A stretch of 64,000 nt of DNA from Patescibacteria group bacterium (GCA_038065395.1 JBBTRB010000002.1:50647-114646); one strand, 5' to 3'. Positions 30,168-40,022 are shown, numbered from the stretch's first letter. Program-made: numbers and translations. The notes: a model not told the origin generated them from the letters alone.

Positions 30168-30779
30168 TCACATCCCTAACCCTGTAAACAACCTGAATAC
30201 AAAAGGTACGAGTGGTGAGACCACTTGCCACAAGAAAAAGACAACCAGGAGTACGAAGATCGGTGCATACATCTCGAGCATGGCACGAACGTGTGCATAT
30301 CGGCGTGGCAAAATAGCAAAAAGGATTTTGGAGCCATCGAGTGGTGGCAGTGGGATGAGGTTAAAGATCGCCAGGATGATATTGATCGTGACGATATATG
30401 CCGACAGTTCGATGAACGCTATCGAAGCGACCGAATGCATCGATACGGCAAATCGTATGACCATACTGAAGACAAAGGCAATGAGAAGGTTCGATGCCGG
30501 ACCCGCCAATGCAATGAGGAGTTCGCCGCTGCGTCTATTCTTGAGATTATGCGGGTTGTATTCTACAGGTCGCGCCCAACCGAAGGTAAACCCGAGGAGT
30601 GACGTGACGAGTGGCACAATAACAGATCCTACTGGGTCCAGATGTCGAACCGGGTTCAGAGTCAGTCTCCCCTGCCGACGCGCTGTCGAGTCGCCGAGCC
30701 AGTCAGCCATATAGCCATGGGCAAGCTCGTGTACTACTACCGACATGATCAATATGACGATAGAGAGGATGATGAGCAT
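30168..30779 (-). CDS. Site-2 protease (M50 family)
   Basis: HELAH, GRLTLNP, AGPASN, FNLIPLPPLDG. Confidence 0.93.
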   Translation of the reverse strand: MLIILSIVILIMSVVVHELAHGYMADWLGDSTARRQGRLTLNPVRHLDPVGSVIVPLVTSLLGFTFGWARPVEYNPHNLKNRRSGELLIALAGPASNLLIAFVFSMVIRFAVSMHSVASIAFIELSAYIVTINIILAIFNLIPLPPLDGSKILFAILPRRYAHVRAMLEMYAPIFVLLVVFFLWQVVSPLVPFVFRLFTGLGM

Positions 30780-30856
30780 CGTTTGATTATTGTAACCTGC
30801 CCATATCTTATTGCAATACAAAATAAATAGTGTTACTATCGTTCTTACTTACTTTC

Positions 30857-31099
30857 ATGGCCAAAATCTGCGAAATAACAAAGAGAGGCTCAGTTGTTGG
30901 CGGTCGCTACTCCAACGCTACTCGTGCTACCCAGTTCAACCCTTGTGGCAAGATCCGTCGCCATGTGAACCTCCAGAAGAAGCGCATTTATGTCCCTGAG
31001 CTCAAGAAGACTGTCGTAGTCACCATCTCTACTCGCGCATTCCGCACTATCCAGAAGAACGGCGCGTTCCCTACCCTCAAGAAAGCCGGTCTCATATAA
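30857..31099 (+). CDS. rpmB: 50S ribosomal protein L28
   Basis: MAKICEIT...RRHVNLQKKRIY...ISTRAFRTI. Confidence 0.88.
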   Translation: MAKICEITKRGSVVGGRYSNATRATQFNPCGKIRRHVNLQKKRIYVPELKKTVVVTISTRAFRTIQKNGAFPTLKKAGLI

Positions 31100-31108
31100 G
31101 AGAGCTGT

Positions 31109-31215
31109 TCCAGGATCTCCATCTGCTTCGTTATCTTCTTCACTCAGACTCTCACCGTATGCTCGATACGGCTCGAGTCTTCGCTCGAAGCTGCCTCGCA
31201 TATGAAGATCCTGGA
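31109..31215. repeat. Long imperfect palindromic element (MITE/REP-like)
   Basis: TCCAGGATCT...AGATCCTGGA termini with a nested CCGTAT-GCTCG-ATACGG stem. Confidence 0.55.
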
Positions 31216-31221
31216 TACGCT

Positions 31222-32112
31222 CTAATTATCGACCCTCTCGATATCGACAGATGAACCATCAGAGACAATCTTGATGGTTTTTTCTTTGGTGTTGAATCTT
31301 CTTTCATAAGGTACGACAGCGTTGCCAGACGACCGCGACACTGACTGACTGTAGACTAGATACTCCGGATCGAGCATATCCAAAAAATCCTGGTTAAAAT
31401 GATCTGCCGATGCGCTATGCGAGACGATCAGTACGTCCACTGACCCAGTAGAGGAGGAATGCCCCATGATATGTCGCTGAATCTTCGGCGTTATATCCCC
31501 AGCCACTACGATCTGCGTCGAACTGTACAGTAGGTCGAGTACGATACTGGGCGGACTGGCTTTGGAATATACGAACTCTGCTTGAGATGCCGGGAACATG
31601 ATGCTGGCATATATCTTCACACCATCCTGATCTTGTCCCAAGACTAGGGACTCACCAGATACAACTTCTCGGATAGGTACGCGTGCCCGACGGAGCGTGC
31701 GGAGGAATTCTGTATATGTAGCGTCGGTCGAAGTTGCAAAGCCGAGAGTTTCGAGTGTCACCGCAGGTACCACAGCCTCTCCGATATCATATCGACCCGA
31801 CAGATCCGCAAGTCCTCCGGTATTCTTTTTTTGTGTATCGGTAGCAATGACCATGTCGATCCTCCGAGAATAGAACGGCAACACCGCTCCGATATGTCTG
31901 ACTATCTCCGCATTGCCACCACCGTTGATGAGAACACGTCTATCATCCGGAGTTCGGATCAATATGGCATTGCCCTGCTTCATCGAGAATACATACATCT
32001 CGAGGAGTGGTGGGCGATGTTCTTGTACCCACACATATCCTCCCACACCCGTAGCGACCAGCACTCCGGATAGTCCCCATATGACTGGTTTTGAGAATAT
32101 CAATGACTTCAT
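31222..32112 (-). CDS. ComEC C-terminal-like metallo-beta-lactamase-fold protein, degenerate active site
   Basis: QGNAILI, RVLINGG, LPFYSRRIDMVIAT, VAGD, VDVLIVSH, SDG; HxxxDH motif absent. Confidence 0.8.
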   Translation of the reverse strand: MKSLIFSKPVIWGLSGVLVATGVGGYVWVQEHRPPLLEMYVFSMKQGNAILIRTPDDRRVLINGGGNAEIVRHIGAVLPFYSRRIDMVIATDTQKKNTGGLADLSGRYDIGEAVVPAVTLETLGFATSTDATYTEFLRTLRRARVPIREVVSGESLVLGQDQDGVKIYASIMFPASQAEFVYSKASPPSIVLDLLYSSTQIVVAGDITPKIQRHIMGHSSSTGSVDVLIVSHSASADHFNQDFLDMLDPEYLVYSQSVSRSSGNAVVPYERRFNTKEKTIKIVSDGSSVDIERVDN

Positions 32113-32118
32113 GTCCTC

Positions 32119-32172
32119 AGCCTAATACACCGGTATGAAGAAACCATGAATTTTGTCTCAAGAAACGATAAA
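32119..32172 (-). promoter_or_regulatory. Conserved upstream box plus -10 element (copy 2)
   Basis: Minus strand: TTTATCGTTTCTTGAGACAAAATTCAT-N21-TAGGCT-N6-ATG(32112). Confidence 0.7.
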
Positions 32173-32190
32173 TTTTGTTATAATAAGCCC

Positions 32191-32772
32191 ATGAAATCAT
32201 TCACCGAAAAAACATTCACCCTACCGAAGCTCACCGGTATTTCTGAACAGACGATCACCGAGCATCTCAAGCTCTATGCAGGGTATGTCAAACATGCCAA
32301 CCTGATCCAAGAGAAGATCGTCGAACTCAAAGCAGACAGCGAGAAAAACGCCTATGCTCTGGCCGAGGTCAACCGTCGCTTCGGCTTCGAATACAACGGC
32401 ATGCGCAACCACGAGGTGTATTTCGCCAGTCTCGAAGGTGGCGCGCAGTCACTCCCTCCAGAGTCCCCTCTTTTCAAAAAGATTGTTGAGACCTGGGGTT
32501 CTTATGAAGCCTGGCTCGCAGAATTCAAAGCCATCGCACTGACTCGTGGCATCGGCTGGGCGATGCTCTACCATGACCGTCGCGAAGGTCGCCTCCTCAA
32601 TGCCTGGATCGACGAACAACATCTCGGCCAACTCCAAGACTGCACTCTAGTACTGGCACTCGATATGTGGGAGCACTCATATGTTGCAGACTATCAACCT
32701 TCTGGCAAGAAAAAGTATGTGGAAGATTTTTTCGCCAACCTCAACTGGAGTGTAATTGCGGGAAATTTATAG
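32191..32772 (+). CDS. sod: Fe/Mn superoxide dismutase family protein
   Basis: EHLKLYAGYV, NHEVYF, GIGWAML, LDMWEHSY. Confidence 0.9.
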   Translation: MKSFTEKTFTLPKLTGISEQTITEHLKLYAGYVKHANLIQEKIVELKADSEKNAYALAEVNRRFGFEYNGMRNHEVYFASLEGGAQSLPPESPLFKKIVETWGSYEAWLAEFKAIALTRGIGWAMLYHDRREGRLLNAWIDEQHLGQLQDCTLVLALDMWEHSYVADYQPSGKKKYVEDFFANLNWSVIAGNL

Positions 32773-32913
32773 ACAAGTAAATTACACTTTGATACGCTAC
32801 TTTTAGCTCAGCACTTCTTGTGGCCGTCCTCAATAGGTTTCCATCGGCCCTTCATATTGTTGAGCGACCTGCTGATACAGGGGGAGCTCGTAACTTCGGT
32901 TGCGAGCTCTTTT

Positions 32914-34257
32914 TTACCTCTTCCCCTTCTCCAAAAAGAAGATACCCACTCCATACACTACATATATACCCGCCACTACCCATCCAGAGAACAACGGAAA
33001 GTCTATAGATGCATAGGGTATGTCTGCACTGTACTCGACGATCATGAGCTCGTATGACAGGAGAACATGTGTGACCCAACCGAGTGCAATCGAAACTGGT
33101 GGTAGAATAAATCCAAACATTCCCGTCAGGAATACGAGCAACATCGTCAGTGGCACGAACGGCAAAACGAGGATATTCGATACGAACCCGACCACCGAGA
33201 CGCTACCCATCATGTAGACGATATAAGGTGACACGAATATCTGTGTGGCCAGACTCGATGCTACGATCCCTCGGATACCTCCCTTCTCGGTGATGAACCC
33301 GAGTCGATCTTCGATCGGTTGCGACAATGCCACCAGTCCGAAAGTTGCCATGAAGGAGAGTTGGAATGACGGGTCATGGAACAAGATCCGCGGATTTTGA
33401 ATGATCATCAGAAGCCCAGCGAAGAACATCCCTCGATAGACACTGTAGTCACGTCGCGCAAGATCTGCACCGAGTGCAACTGCTGACATACAACACGAGC
33501 GTACTACTGTAGCACCCCCTCCCACCAGTGTGCCGAACAATGCGATACCGACACCACCTGCACATATCCCCCATACGCGCGGCAAAAAACCGAGCAGCCG
33601 ACGCAACACATCAGCAACGATGGTGATATTGTATCCGGACAGCACCACGATATGGATGAGTCCTGCCACACGAAAGTCGTCGATGAGCTCGCTCCCCAAC
33701 GCACTCTTCTCTCCGACCAAGAGTCCCGAGGCCAGTGCCGAGTGTGGCTCTCCCAAAACTTTTTCGAGATTGCGTACGAAGCCTCTCTTGAATGCAAAGA
33801 GTGTCGACCTCAATCCCGTCTTGCCCGACTCTCGATACTCGACCGCACCACTTTTGATCTCATAGAAGACGTCGTCTTTGGCGAGGTAGCCTTCATAGTC
33901 GAACTCTCTGCCAGTATCACTACGGAAGTTGAAGGGTTTTGATATTTTCCCCTGGAATGAAACCGCATCTCCATACGTCATGCGTGGATACAATGGCACT
34001 TTGATGCGAACAAAGATACCTGCGGGACACGTGGATGTTCCTGCAAGCAAATCCAACACCGGACTCCATTCTTGGGCTTCTATGACGAACACTTGGCCAT
34101 TTTCTCTACGTTCAGGTTCGGTGACGATCGTACCGAGACCTTGTACCACCTGCCCGGCACACCTACCGATATCTGGCACAGCAATATCGAGAGACAGCAT
34201 CACACGCACAGCCGCCACGACGACCAACACACTCCAAAATACAAAAACTCCGCGCAT
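32914..34257 (-). CDS. comEC: ComEC/Rec2 competence protein (OB and Competence domains, no MBL domain)
   Basis: FDYEGYL, GLIHIVVLSGYNI, SFQLSFMATFG. Confidence 0.92.
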   Translation of the reverse strand: MRGVFVFWSVLVVVAAVRVMLSLDIAVPDIGRCAGQVVQGLGTIVTEPERRENGQVFVIEAQEWSPVLDLLAGTSTCPAGIFVRIKVPLYPRMTYGDAVSFQGKISKPFNFRSDTGREFDYEGYLAKDDVFYEIKSGAVEYRESGKTGLRSTLFAFKRGFVRNLEKVLGEPHSALASGLLVGEKSALGSELIDDFRVAGLIHIVVLSGYNITIVADVLRRLLGFLPRVWGICAGGVGIALFGTLVGGGATVVRSCCMSAVALGADLARRDYSVYRGMFFAGLLMIIQNPRILFHDPSFQLSFMATFGLVALSQPIEDRLGFITEKGGIRGIVASSLATQIFVSPYIVYMMGSVSVVGFVSNILVLPFVPLTMLLVFLTGMFGFILPPVSIALGWVTHVLLSYELMIVEYSADIPYASIDFPLFSGWVVAGIYVVYGVGIFFLEKGKR

Positions 34258-34263
34258 ACTCGG

Positions 34264-34320
34264 AGCATACAGTCTCGAGATAAAATCCGTATGAATTTTG
34301 TCTCAAGAAACGATAAAATT
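34264..34320 (-). promoter_or_regulatory. Conserved upstream box plus -10 element (copy 3)
   Basis: Minus strand: TTTATCGTTTCTTGAGACAAAATTCAT-N21-TATGCT-N6-ATG(34257). Confidence 0.7.
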
Positions 34321-34358
34321 CCTGACCTACTGGCAAGGTCAGGCCTTGCCAACTTTTC

Positions 34359-35081
34359 CTAGGAACTGAACTCTCGCATAATCTCACCCTCTTCTTCTTT
34401 ATTCAGCGCCTTTTTGAACCGAGCTTTGACACCTTTGACCCTTTTCTCACATTCGGCCCAGGTTGGATGAGTCTCTATCTTGCCTCCGACCAGACTGACG
34501 TATGAATATGCTTTGGCACCAGATCGCGATGAGCTAGATTTCTTGGAGGCCACCTTCTCGGTATCGGCGGAGATAGTGAGGATGCCAGGGATAGAATAGC
34601 CCTCAAGAGATCCGGAATAGAGATCGATCTTGGCATCATCAGCAAAGGCAGTCGCAATCTCGTCACAGCGTTCATTGCCTGCGATACCGATATGACCACC
34701 GACGTATTTCCAACTGATATCCTTGCCCTGAATAACCTCATCGAGCCCCATCCAGACGTCTTTGTTGGCGACATCTTCTTTGGTTTGTGTCATCCATCCG
34801 TTGCGCTTCCAGCCTTTGATCCACTGAGTGATGCCTTTGATGAGATATGACGAGTCGGTATAGACGATGATCGTACCTCCCGAGCCTGCATGTCGTAACC
34901 CCTGCAATGCCGCCATCAACTCCATCTTGTTGTTGGTCGTTCTCTCTTCTCTGCCGCCAAGCTCTTTCACCTGAGCTTCATTTTGCTTCTTGCTTCTTGC
35001 TTCTTGGATCACAACACTCCCCCACCCTCCTGGTCCAGGGTTACCTCGTGAAGATCCGTCAGTGAAGATGATGGTTTCCAT
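34359..35081 (-). CDS. rnhA: Ribonuclease HI with C-terminal viroplasmin-like hybrid-binding domain
   Basis: FTDGSSRGNPGPGG, TTNNKMEL, TDSSY, GHIGIAGNERCD; C-terminal TWAECEKRVKG. Confidence 0.92.
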   Translation of the reverse strand: METIIFTDGSSRGNPGPGGWGSVVIQEARSKKQNEAQVKELGGREERTTNNKMELMAALQGLRHAGSGGTIIVYTDSSYLIKGITQWIKGWKRNGWMTQTKEDVANKDVWMGLDEVIQGKDISWKYVGGHIGIAGNERCDEIATAFADDAKIDLYSGSLEGYSIPGILTISADTEKVASKKSSSSRSGAKAYSYVSLVGGKIETHPTWAECEKRVKGVKARFKKALNKEEEGEIMREFSS

Positions 35082-35131
35082 AGTTTTCTATAGTAGCATA
35101 TTGTGATATATTTTCTGTGGAAAGAATATGT

Positions 35132-35326
35132 ATGAGTAAAAAGAAGGAAAAAATGACGAAGAGACAGCGAGAGGCTTTACGGAGGATTCGACGAACTCTC
35201 AAAAGTATCGACTGGCCACAATTCTGGGCCGAAGTAATGGAAAAGGTTCGTCCCAAGATTGAAGCGAACGAGAGGTGTCGACAATTGTCTTACGCCGCCG
35301 CTCTCAAAAATCCGAAACGATACTGA
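35132..35326 (+). CDS. Small basic hypothetical protein
   Basis: 64-aa helical ORF divergent from rnhA. Confidence 0.45.
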   Translation: MSKKKEKMTKRQREALRRIRRTLKSIDWPQFWAEVMEKVRPKIEANERCRQLSYAAALKNPKRY

Positions 35327-35485
35327 ACAAACCATTCAACAATAAACTCTAAAAATAGAGTGGCGAGAAAGGATCTTATGGGAGACTTATAACACCCAAA
35401 CGAACAACCAGGAACCTTCCTGGTTTTTTTAATACAAAAAATCCCCTCGCCACATGTGATAGTGGCGAGGGGTGATGTGAAAAAA

Positions 35486-36187
35486 TTATCCTTTTGGCGC
35501 ATCTTCCGAGGGCACGAGGAACGGTTTCCTTTCCAGTAACGTGTCCTGGAAGATTCCCAGAGCTTGGATGTTTTTCTCGCGAGATTTTATCGAACTCTCT
35601 GACCAAGAGTACACGGCTCTCCAAAAGACTTCGTGGAAAGATTCTGCAAATCCTTTTTTCCAGGTTTTACACGGCAACTCATCGATCGTCTCGTAAAATT
35701 TCTCGTCACTGGAGACCTGTTCAACATCTGACCTCTCCAACTTGAAAAGGATCTGGGATGTGTACGGTACGAACACGGCATGTTCAAGATAAAAGTAAAG
35801 GTTCGGTGCTTCACTTCCGGTGCCGATCGTATTTGGAGACATCAGCAGACGGAGCAAATGGATCCTTCTGATGTGTAAACCTCCAACTTCCATAGAATGC
35901 AAAGAATACAAGTGCACACGGATAGGATACACAAGTGGCGGATCATCTACGAATGAAAGTGGCACGTGCGTATTACTAGAACTATACCTTGTAAGTGTAC
36001 GGTTCACTCCACGAATCATTGCCTCATCATCACCCATCACGTCCCTCAATTGCTTGAATGACAGACTGCGAACGTATGGACGGATCATTGACACTGCGTC
36101 CTCGATAGAGAACGGCTTTACTGAATCTGAGTTGTTGGACATATCCAATTCCTCTGGTTTATTGTTGTGATTGAACTCTTGCGCCAC
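35486..36187 (-). CDS. Hypothetical protein
   Basis: 233-aa ORF followed by a hairpin at 35441-35475. Confidence 0.55.
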   Translation of the reverse strand: MAQEFNHNNKPEELDMSNNSDSVKPFSIEDAVSMIRPYVRSLSFKQLRDVMGDDEAMIRGVNRTLTRYSSSNTHVPLSFVDDPPLVYPIRVHLYSLHSMEVGGLHIRRIHLLRLLMSPNTIGTGSEAPNLYFYLEHAVFVPYTSQILFKLERSDVEQVSSDEKFYETIDELPCKTWKKGFAESFHEVFWRAVYSWSESSIKSREKNIQALGIFQDTLLERKPFLVPSEDAPKG

Positions 36188-36276
36188 GGGACGTATCCCG
36201 CTACACAGAACCTAGATATCACACTACTCTCGCCGCCGACTCTGGTCAAGGAGTCTAGCGAGGTCGGACCTTGCCA

Positions 36277-38010
36277 CTACACAACATCCACCACCCTCAA
36301 CCTCAACTCCGTCTTGCCTGCAAAATACGACTTCTCGATAGAAGCGACGAGGTCTAGAGAGACACCTTCGCTCACGGTATCTGCCCAAGGTTCTCCGACA
36401 CCAAAAAAGGCGATGGCTGAGAGTTTGTTGCCATTGGTCTTCTTGAAGACAAGCTCGATATGATCTTTGGCCTTGCCGAACTTGCGCACACTGACGGGAG
36501 TTACTTTTCGCAACAGGAAGAGCGGCTTGGGGTTGCCAGTACCAAAAGGCGAGAGACGGGCGATCTCTTGTTGGAGATGCCAGTCGACCATATCGAGAGT
36601 GAGCTCCATATCGACTATCTGTTTTCCATGTTCACTTTCTCCTTGCACCTTTTCCCTCGCCCCTTCCCTCTCTTTTGCCTCATTGAGATGTGCATCGAGA
36701 ACATGGATCATCTCATTGGCCACTGCAAACCCTCCCGAATGTGCATGTCCGCCAAAATGAGTGAACACCTCCGATGGCACCGCGCGCATCAGTTCGACGA
36801 TGTTAGTCTTGCCTTCGGATCTACATGAACCTTTGATGACATTGTCACCATCACGCCCCCAGAGGAAGACGGGTCGATCGAGTTCCTGTGCACATGAGTT
36901 TGCCACGAGCCCGAGGAGCGACGGTCGCCACAGCGGGTTGCCGAGGACGATGACCGACGGGATATGTTCGGCATAGCGTTCACGAAGTATTTTGTTCACC
37001 TCTTTGACGAGTGACGCCACCATGCCTTTGCGTTCGTTGTTGACCTCTTCAATACGAGTGACATGGACTTGGGCCTCAACTTCATCTTCGGTTGCAAGCA
37101 GGTTGAATGCGTCCATCGGCACTCCCATGCGCGATGCGGCATTGATACGCGGAGTGACCATGAAGGCGATATCGTCTTCACTGAGCGTCTTCTGAGCGAT
37201 CGAGAGCTTGGACAGGAGTCGCATCAGACCCTTGCGCGGACTCTTACGCAGAACTGCCAGACCGTAGTGCGCCAATGCCCTGTTCTCTCCGACCAGTGGC
37301 ACCATGTCCGAGAGTGTGGCGATGCCGACCATGTCGAGGAGCCATTTCTCATGGCCTTCTTTGAGACCTCGACGATCTTTCGCCAAGATGGCCTGGACGA
37401 GTTTGTAGGCAGTACCGGAACCACAGAGATTCTTGTCGGGATACATGCAGTCTTTCTGTTTGTGATTGATGATGGCATAGGCGGGAGGCACGACCAGTGG
37501 TGGTTCGTGATGGTCGGTGATGATCACGTCGATACCGAGATCACGCGCCCGAGTCACTGGCACTACGTCGGTCGAACCACAGTCGATCGTGATCATGAGC
37601 GTCACTCCCTGCCTTGCCAATTCTTCTACCGCATCGGTATGCACGCCAAATCCTTCGTCATGTCGATGAGGAATATAGACGATGAAGTTGGAGAAGTTGA
37701 TCCTCCGCAGGAAGTCCGCGAACATCACCGCCCCAGGGATACCGTCAGCATCATAGTCAGAATAAATCGCGATCTTCTCGCCCCTCTCTATGGCATGAAT
37801 GATCCTCGTAGCGGCTTTGTCTGCATCTTTCGACAAGAGCGGGTCATGCACATCGCGATCATAGTCGGGTGCGAGGAATCTCTGACCTTCGTGGTTATTC
37901 TTGACCCCTCGATGGAACAAGAGTTGTGCCGTCAGTTCAGAAAAAGCATTGAGTGGTTCACGCTCGGTCGACGAGAGTTGTGGTCGGATGGCGTAGGAGG
38001 AGGTGGGCAT
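36277..38010 (-). CDS. recJ: Single-stranded-DNA exonuclease RecJ
   Basis: DYDADG, TIDCG, TDHH, PRINAASR, GSCRS, GGH, PFGTGNPKP; start placed after TATAAT. Confidence 0.96.
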   Translation of the reverse strand: MPTSSYAIRPQLSSTEREPLNAFSELTAQLLFHRGVKNNHEGQRFLAPDYDRDVHDPLLSKDADKAATRIIHAIERGEKIAIYSDYDADGIPGAVMFADFLRRINFSNFIVYIPHRHDEGFGVHTDAVEELARQGVTLMITIDCGSTDVVPVTRARDLGIDVIITDHHEPPLVVPPAYAIINHKQKDCMYPDKNLCGSGTAYKLVQAILAKDRRGLKEGHEKWLLDMVGIATLSDMVPLVGENRALAHYGLAVLRKSPRKGLMRLLSKLSIAQKTLSEDDIAFMVTPRINAASRMGVPMDAFNLLATEDEVEAQVHVTRIEEVNNERKGMVASLVKEVNKILRERYAEHIPSVIVLGNPLWRPSLLGLVANSCAQELDRPVFLWGRDGDNVIKGSCRSEGKTNIVELMRAVPSEVFTHFGGHAHSGGFAVANEMIHVLDAHLNEAKEREGAREKVQGESEHGKQIVDMELTLDMVDWHLQQEIARLSPFGTGNPKPLFLLRKVTPVSVRKFGKAKDHIELVFKKTNGNKLSAIAFFGVGEPWADTVSEGVSLDLVASIEKSYFAGKTELRLRVVDVV

Positions 38011-38038
38011 GGGGTGCATTATACCTTATGTATTTTTT

Positions 38039-38066
38039 GTCATCCCCGCGCAGGCGGGGATCTGCG
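38039..38066. repeat. REP-like palindrome, family A
   Basis: GTCATCCCCGCGCAGGCGGGGATCTGCG. Confidence 0.75.
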
Positions 38067-38434
38067 ATCTAGACCTTGAAATAAGGGAAAGATGAGGTAC
38101 TTGACAAATGTAATGAGTGTGCCATGATACTTGTGTCGACGATGTACCAATCGCGTCGATATCTAGGGAATAAACTTTATCTTCCTAGATGGTACGGCGT
38201 TCCTACTCCCTCCTTTCCAGGTTCGTCTGGAAAAAGGATTCGCCCGAAATAGTGAGGGTGCAGTACATACAAAAAGTGGTGCAGGCCATCGGGAACACAG
38301 GTTCCGGCTCGGGGTATCCATTCCCCATAAACAGCCATCCCGGCCGACAAAATAGGACACTTGGCACAGACGCAAGAGTCCTCCAACAATGATTCGCAAT
38401 TATCTTGTTGTAGATTAGCTATCCAATTGCGTCT

Positions 38435-38465
38435 GGCGTCGATCTCCGTGATCGACGCCTTTTTT
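38435..38465 (+). terminator. Intrinsic terminator
   Basis: GGCGTCGATC-TCCGT-GATCGACGCC followed by a T-run. Confidence 0.75.
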
Positions 38466-38506
38466 CTTGTTCAAAATGACTAGGTTCGCGTGATATACTT
38501 TCACCC

Positions 38507-38884
38507 ATGACCCCCTGCATCTTCTGCAAAATCGTATCGAAAGAAATCCCTGCGCACGTAGTGTACGAAGACGACAACTTCCTGGCATTCCTGGATATCC
38601 ACCCGCAGTCACCTGGCCATACCCAGGTCATCCCCAAGCATCACTATCGTTGGGTCTGGGATCTACCCTCTTCTGGTGACGGAGCAACCATCGGCCGATA
38701 TTTCGAAGTTGCACAAAAAGTCGCGCTTGCTCAACAAAAAGCTTTTGCCACAGACTGGATCCTGAGCAAGATCGTCGGTGACGAAGTCCCTCATGCACAT
38801 ATCTGGGTGTTTCCGAATGACAAAGTAGAGGGAGATCCAATGGATTTTGAAACGAATGCAAAAAAGATTGTAGAAAATCTGTGA
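38507..38884 (+). CDS. HIT family hydrolase
   Basis: CIFCKI, AFLDIHP, GHTQVIPK, VPHAHIW (third His of the triad is Trp). Confidence 0.9.
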   Translation: MTPCIFCKIVSKEIPAHVVYEDDNFLAFLDIHPQSPGHTQVIPKHHYRWVWDLPSSGDGATIGRYFEVAQKVALAQQKAFATDWILSKIVGDEVPHAHIWVFPNDKVEGDPMDFETNAKKIVENL

Positions 38885-38903
38885 GTAGCGAGGTCGGACC
38901 TTG

Positions 38904-40022
38904 CTACTTCAACACCTCTACCCCCGGCAAAGTACCCGTACCCAAAAAGTCCAACATTGCACCACCACCCGTAGAGATAAAGTGGAACTTATCTTCGATA
39001 CCGAGCTCAGCTATAGCAGCCAGAGTGTCTCCGCCACCGACGATCGTCTCTGCGCCACGCGCAGTAGCTTCGCCGATCATACGTGCAAGCTCATGAGTCG
39101 GTTCGCGATAGCCGTCTTCGTAGAGACCCAAGGGACCATTCCAAAGGATGAACTCTGCTGTAGAGATCTTGTCTCGGAGAAGCTCGAGAGTCTGAGGTCC
39201 TGCGTCGAGAATCTTGTCGGTAGGTAGCACTCCAGTGGCAGGACGGATCTCTTTGCCTTCGGTCACGATATCGAGAGGAGTAAGGACTTTTGGATTGGCA
39301 ATAAACGCCGAGAGATCGATCTGCTTTTTCGAAACTAGAGAGGTGCCGATCTCGTAGCCTTTTTGTTTGTAGATGTCGTTGGCAAGAGCTCCCCCGACGA
39401 ACAACGTATCAGCAGTCTCGATGAATCGATGCAGGAGTGGGAGTTTGGTATCGAACTTGGCACCACCAAGTATAAAGAGGAACGGATGTCGTGGAGTAAA
39501 AGACTTGGAGAGATAGTCGATCTCTTTTTGTAGCTGGAGGCCTGCATACCCAGGAATGAGTGTAGGCACACCGACAACAGATGCATGCTCACGATGCGAT
39601 ACCGAAAAGGCATCATTGATGTACATATCTCCCAGAGATGCGAGTTCTTTGGCGAATTGCGGATCATTGATCTTCTCACCGTCATTGAACCGAAGGTTCT
39701 CAAGCAAGATACAGGAGCCGTTTTGTAGCTTGTCTATCTCGACTCGCGCGTTCTTGATATTTTTCACAAAGGTAACTGGTACGCCGAGTGATGCAAGAGT
39801 CGGAACAACTGGTTCAAGGGATTCATTCTCACCACTTACGGACTCGAGATGGCTCATGAGTACTATTCGTGCACCTCGTTCTCGGAGCCACATGATCGTC
39901 GGGAGCGCTGTGCGAATACGATAGTCCTCAACGACTTTGCCGTCTTTGAGGGGAACATTGAAGTCCACACGGACCAAGACGATCACTCCTTCTATATGTT
40001 CAATATCAGTAATCGTTTTCAT
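38904..40022 (-). CDS. pgk: Phosphoglycerate kinase
   Basis: RVDFNVP, LENLRF, NDAFSVSHR, WNGPLG, GGGDT, ISTGGGA. Confidence 0.97.
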   Translation of the reverse strand: MKTITDIEHIEGVIVLVRVDFNVPLKDGKVVEDYRIRTALPTIMWLRERGARIVLMSHLESVSGENESLEPVVPTLASLGVPVTFVKNIKNARVEIDKLQNGSCILLENLRFNDGEKINDPQFAKELASLGDMYINDAFSVSHREHASVVGVPTLIPGYAGLQLQKEIDYLSKSFTPRHPFLFILGGAKFDTKLPLLHRFIETADTLFVGGALANDIYKQKGYEIGTSLVSKKQIDLSAFIANPKVLTPLDIVTEGKEIRPATGVLPTDKILDAGPQTLELLRDKISTAEFILWNGPLGLYEDGYREPTHELARMIGEATARGAETIVGGGDTLAAIAELGIEDKFHFISTGGGAMLDFLGTGTLPGVEVLK

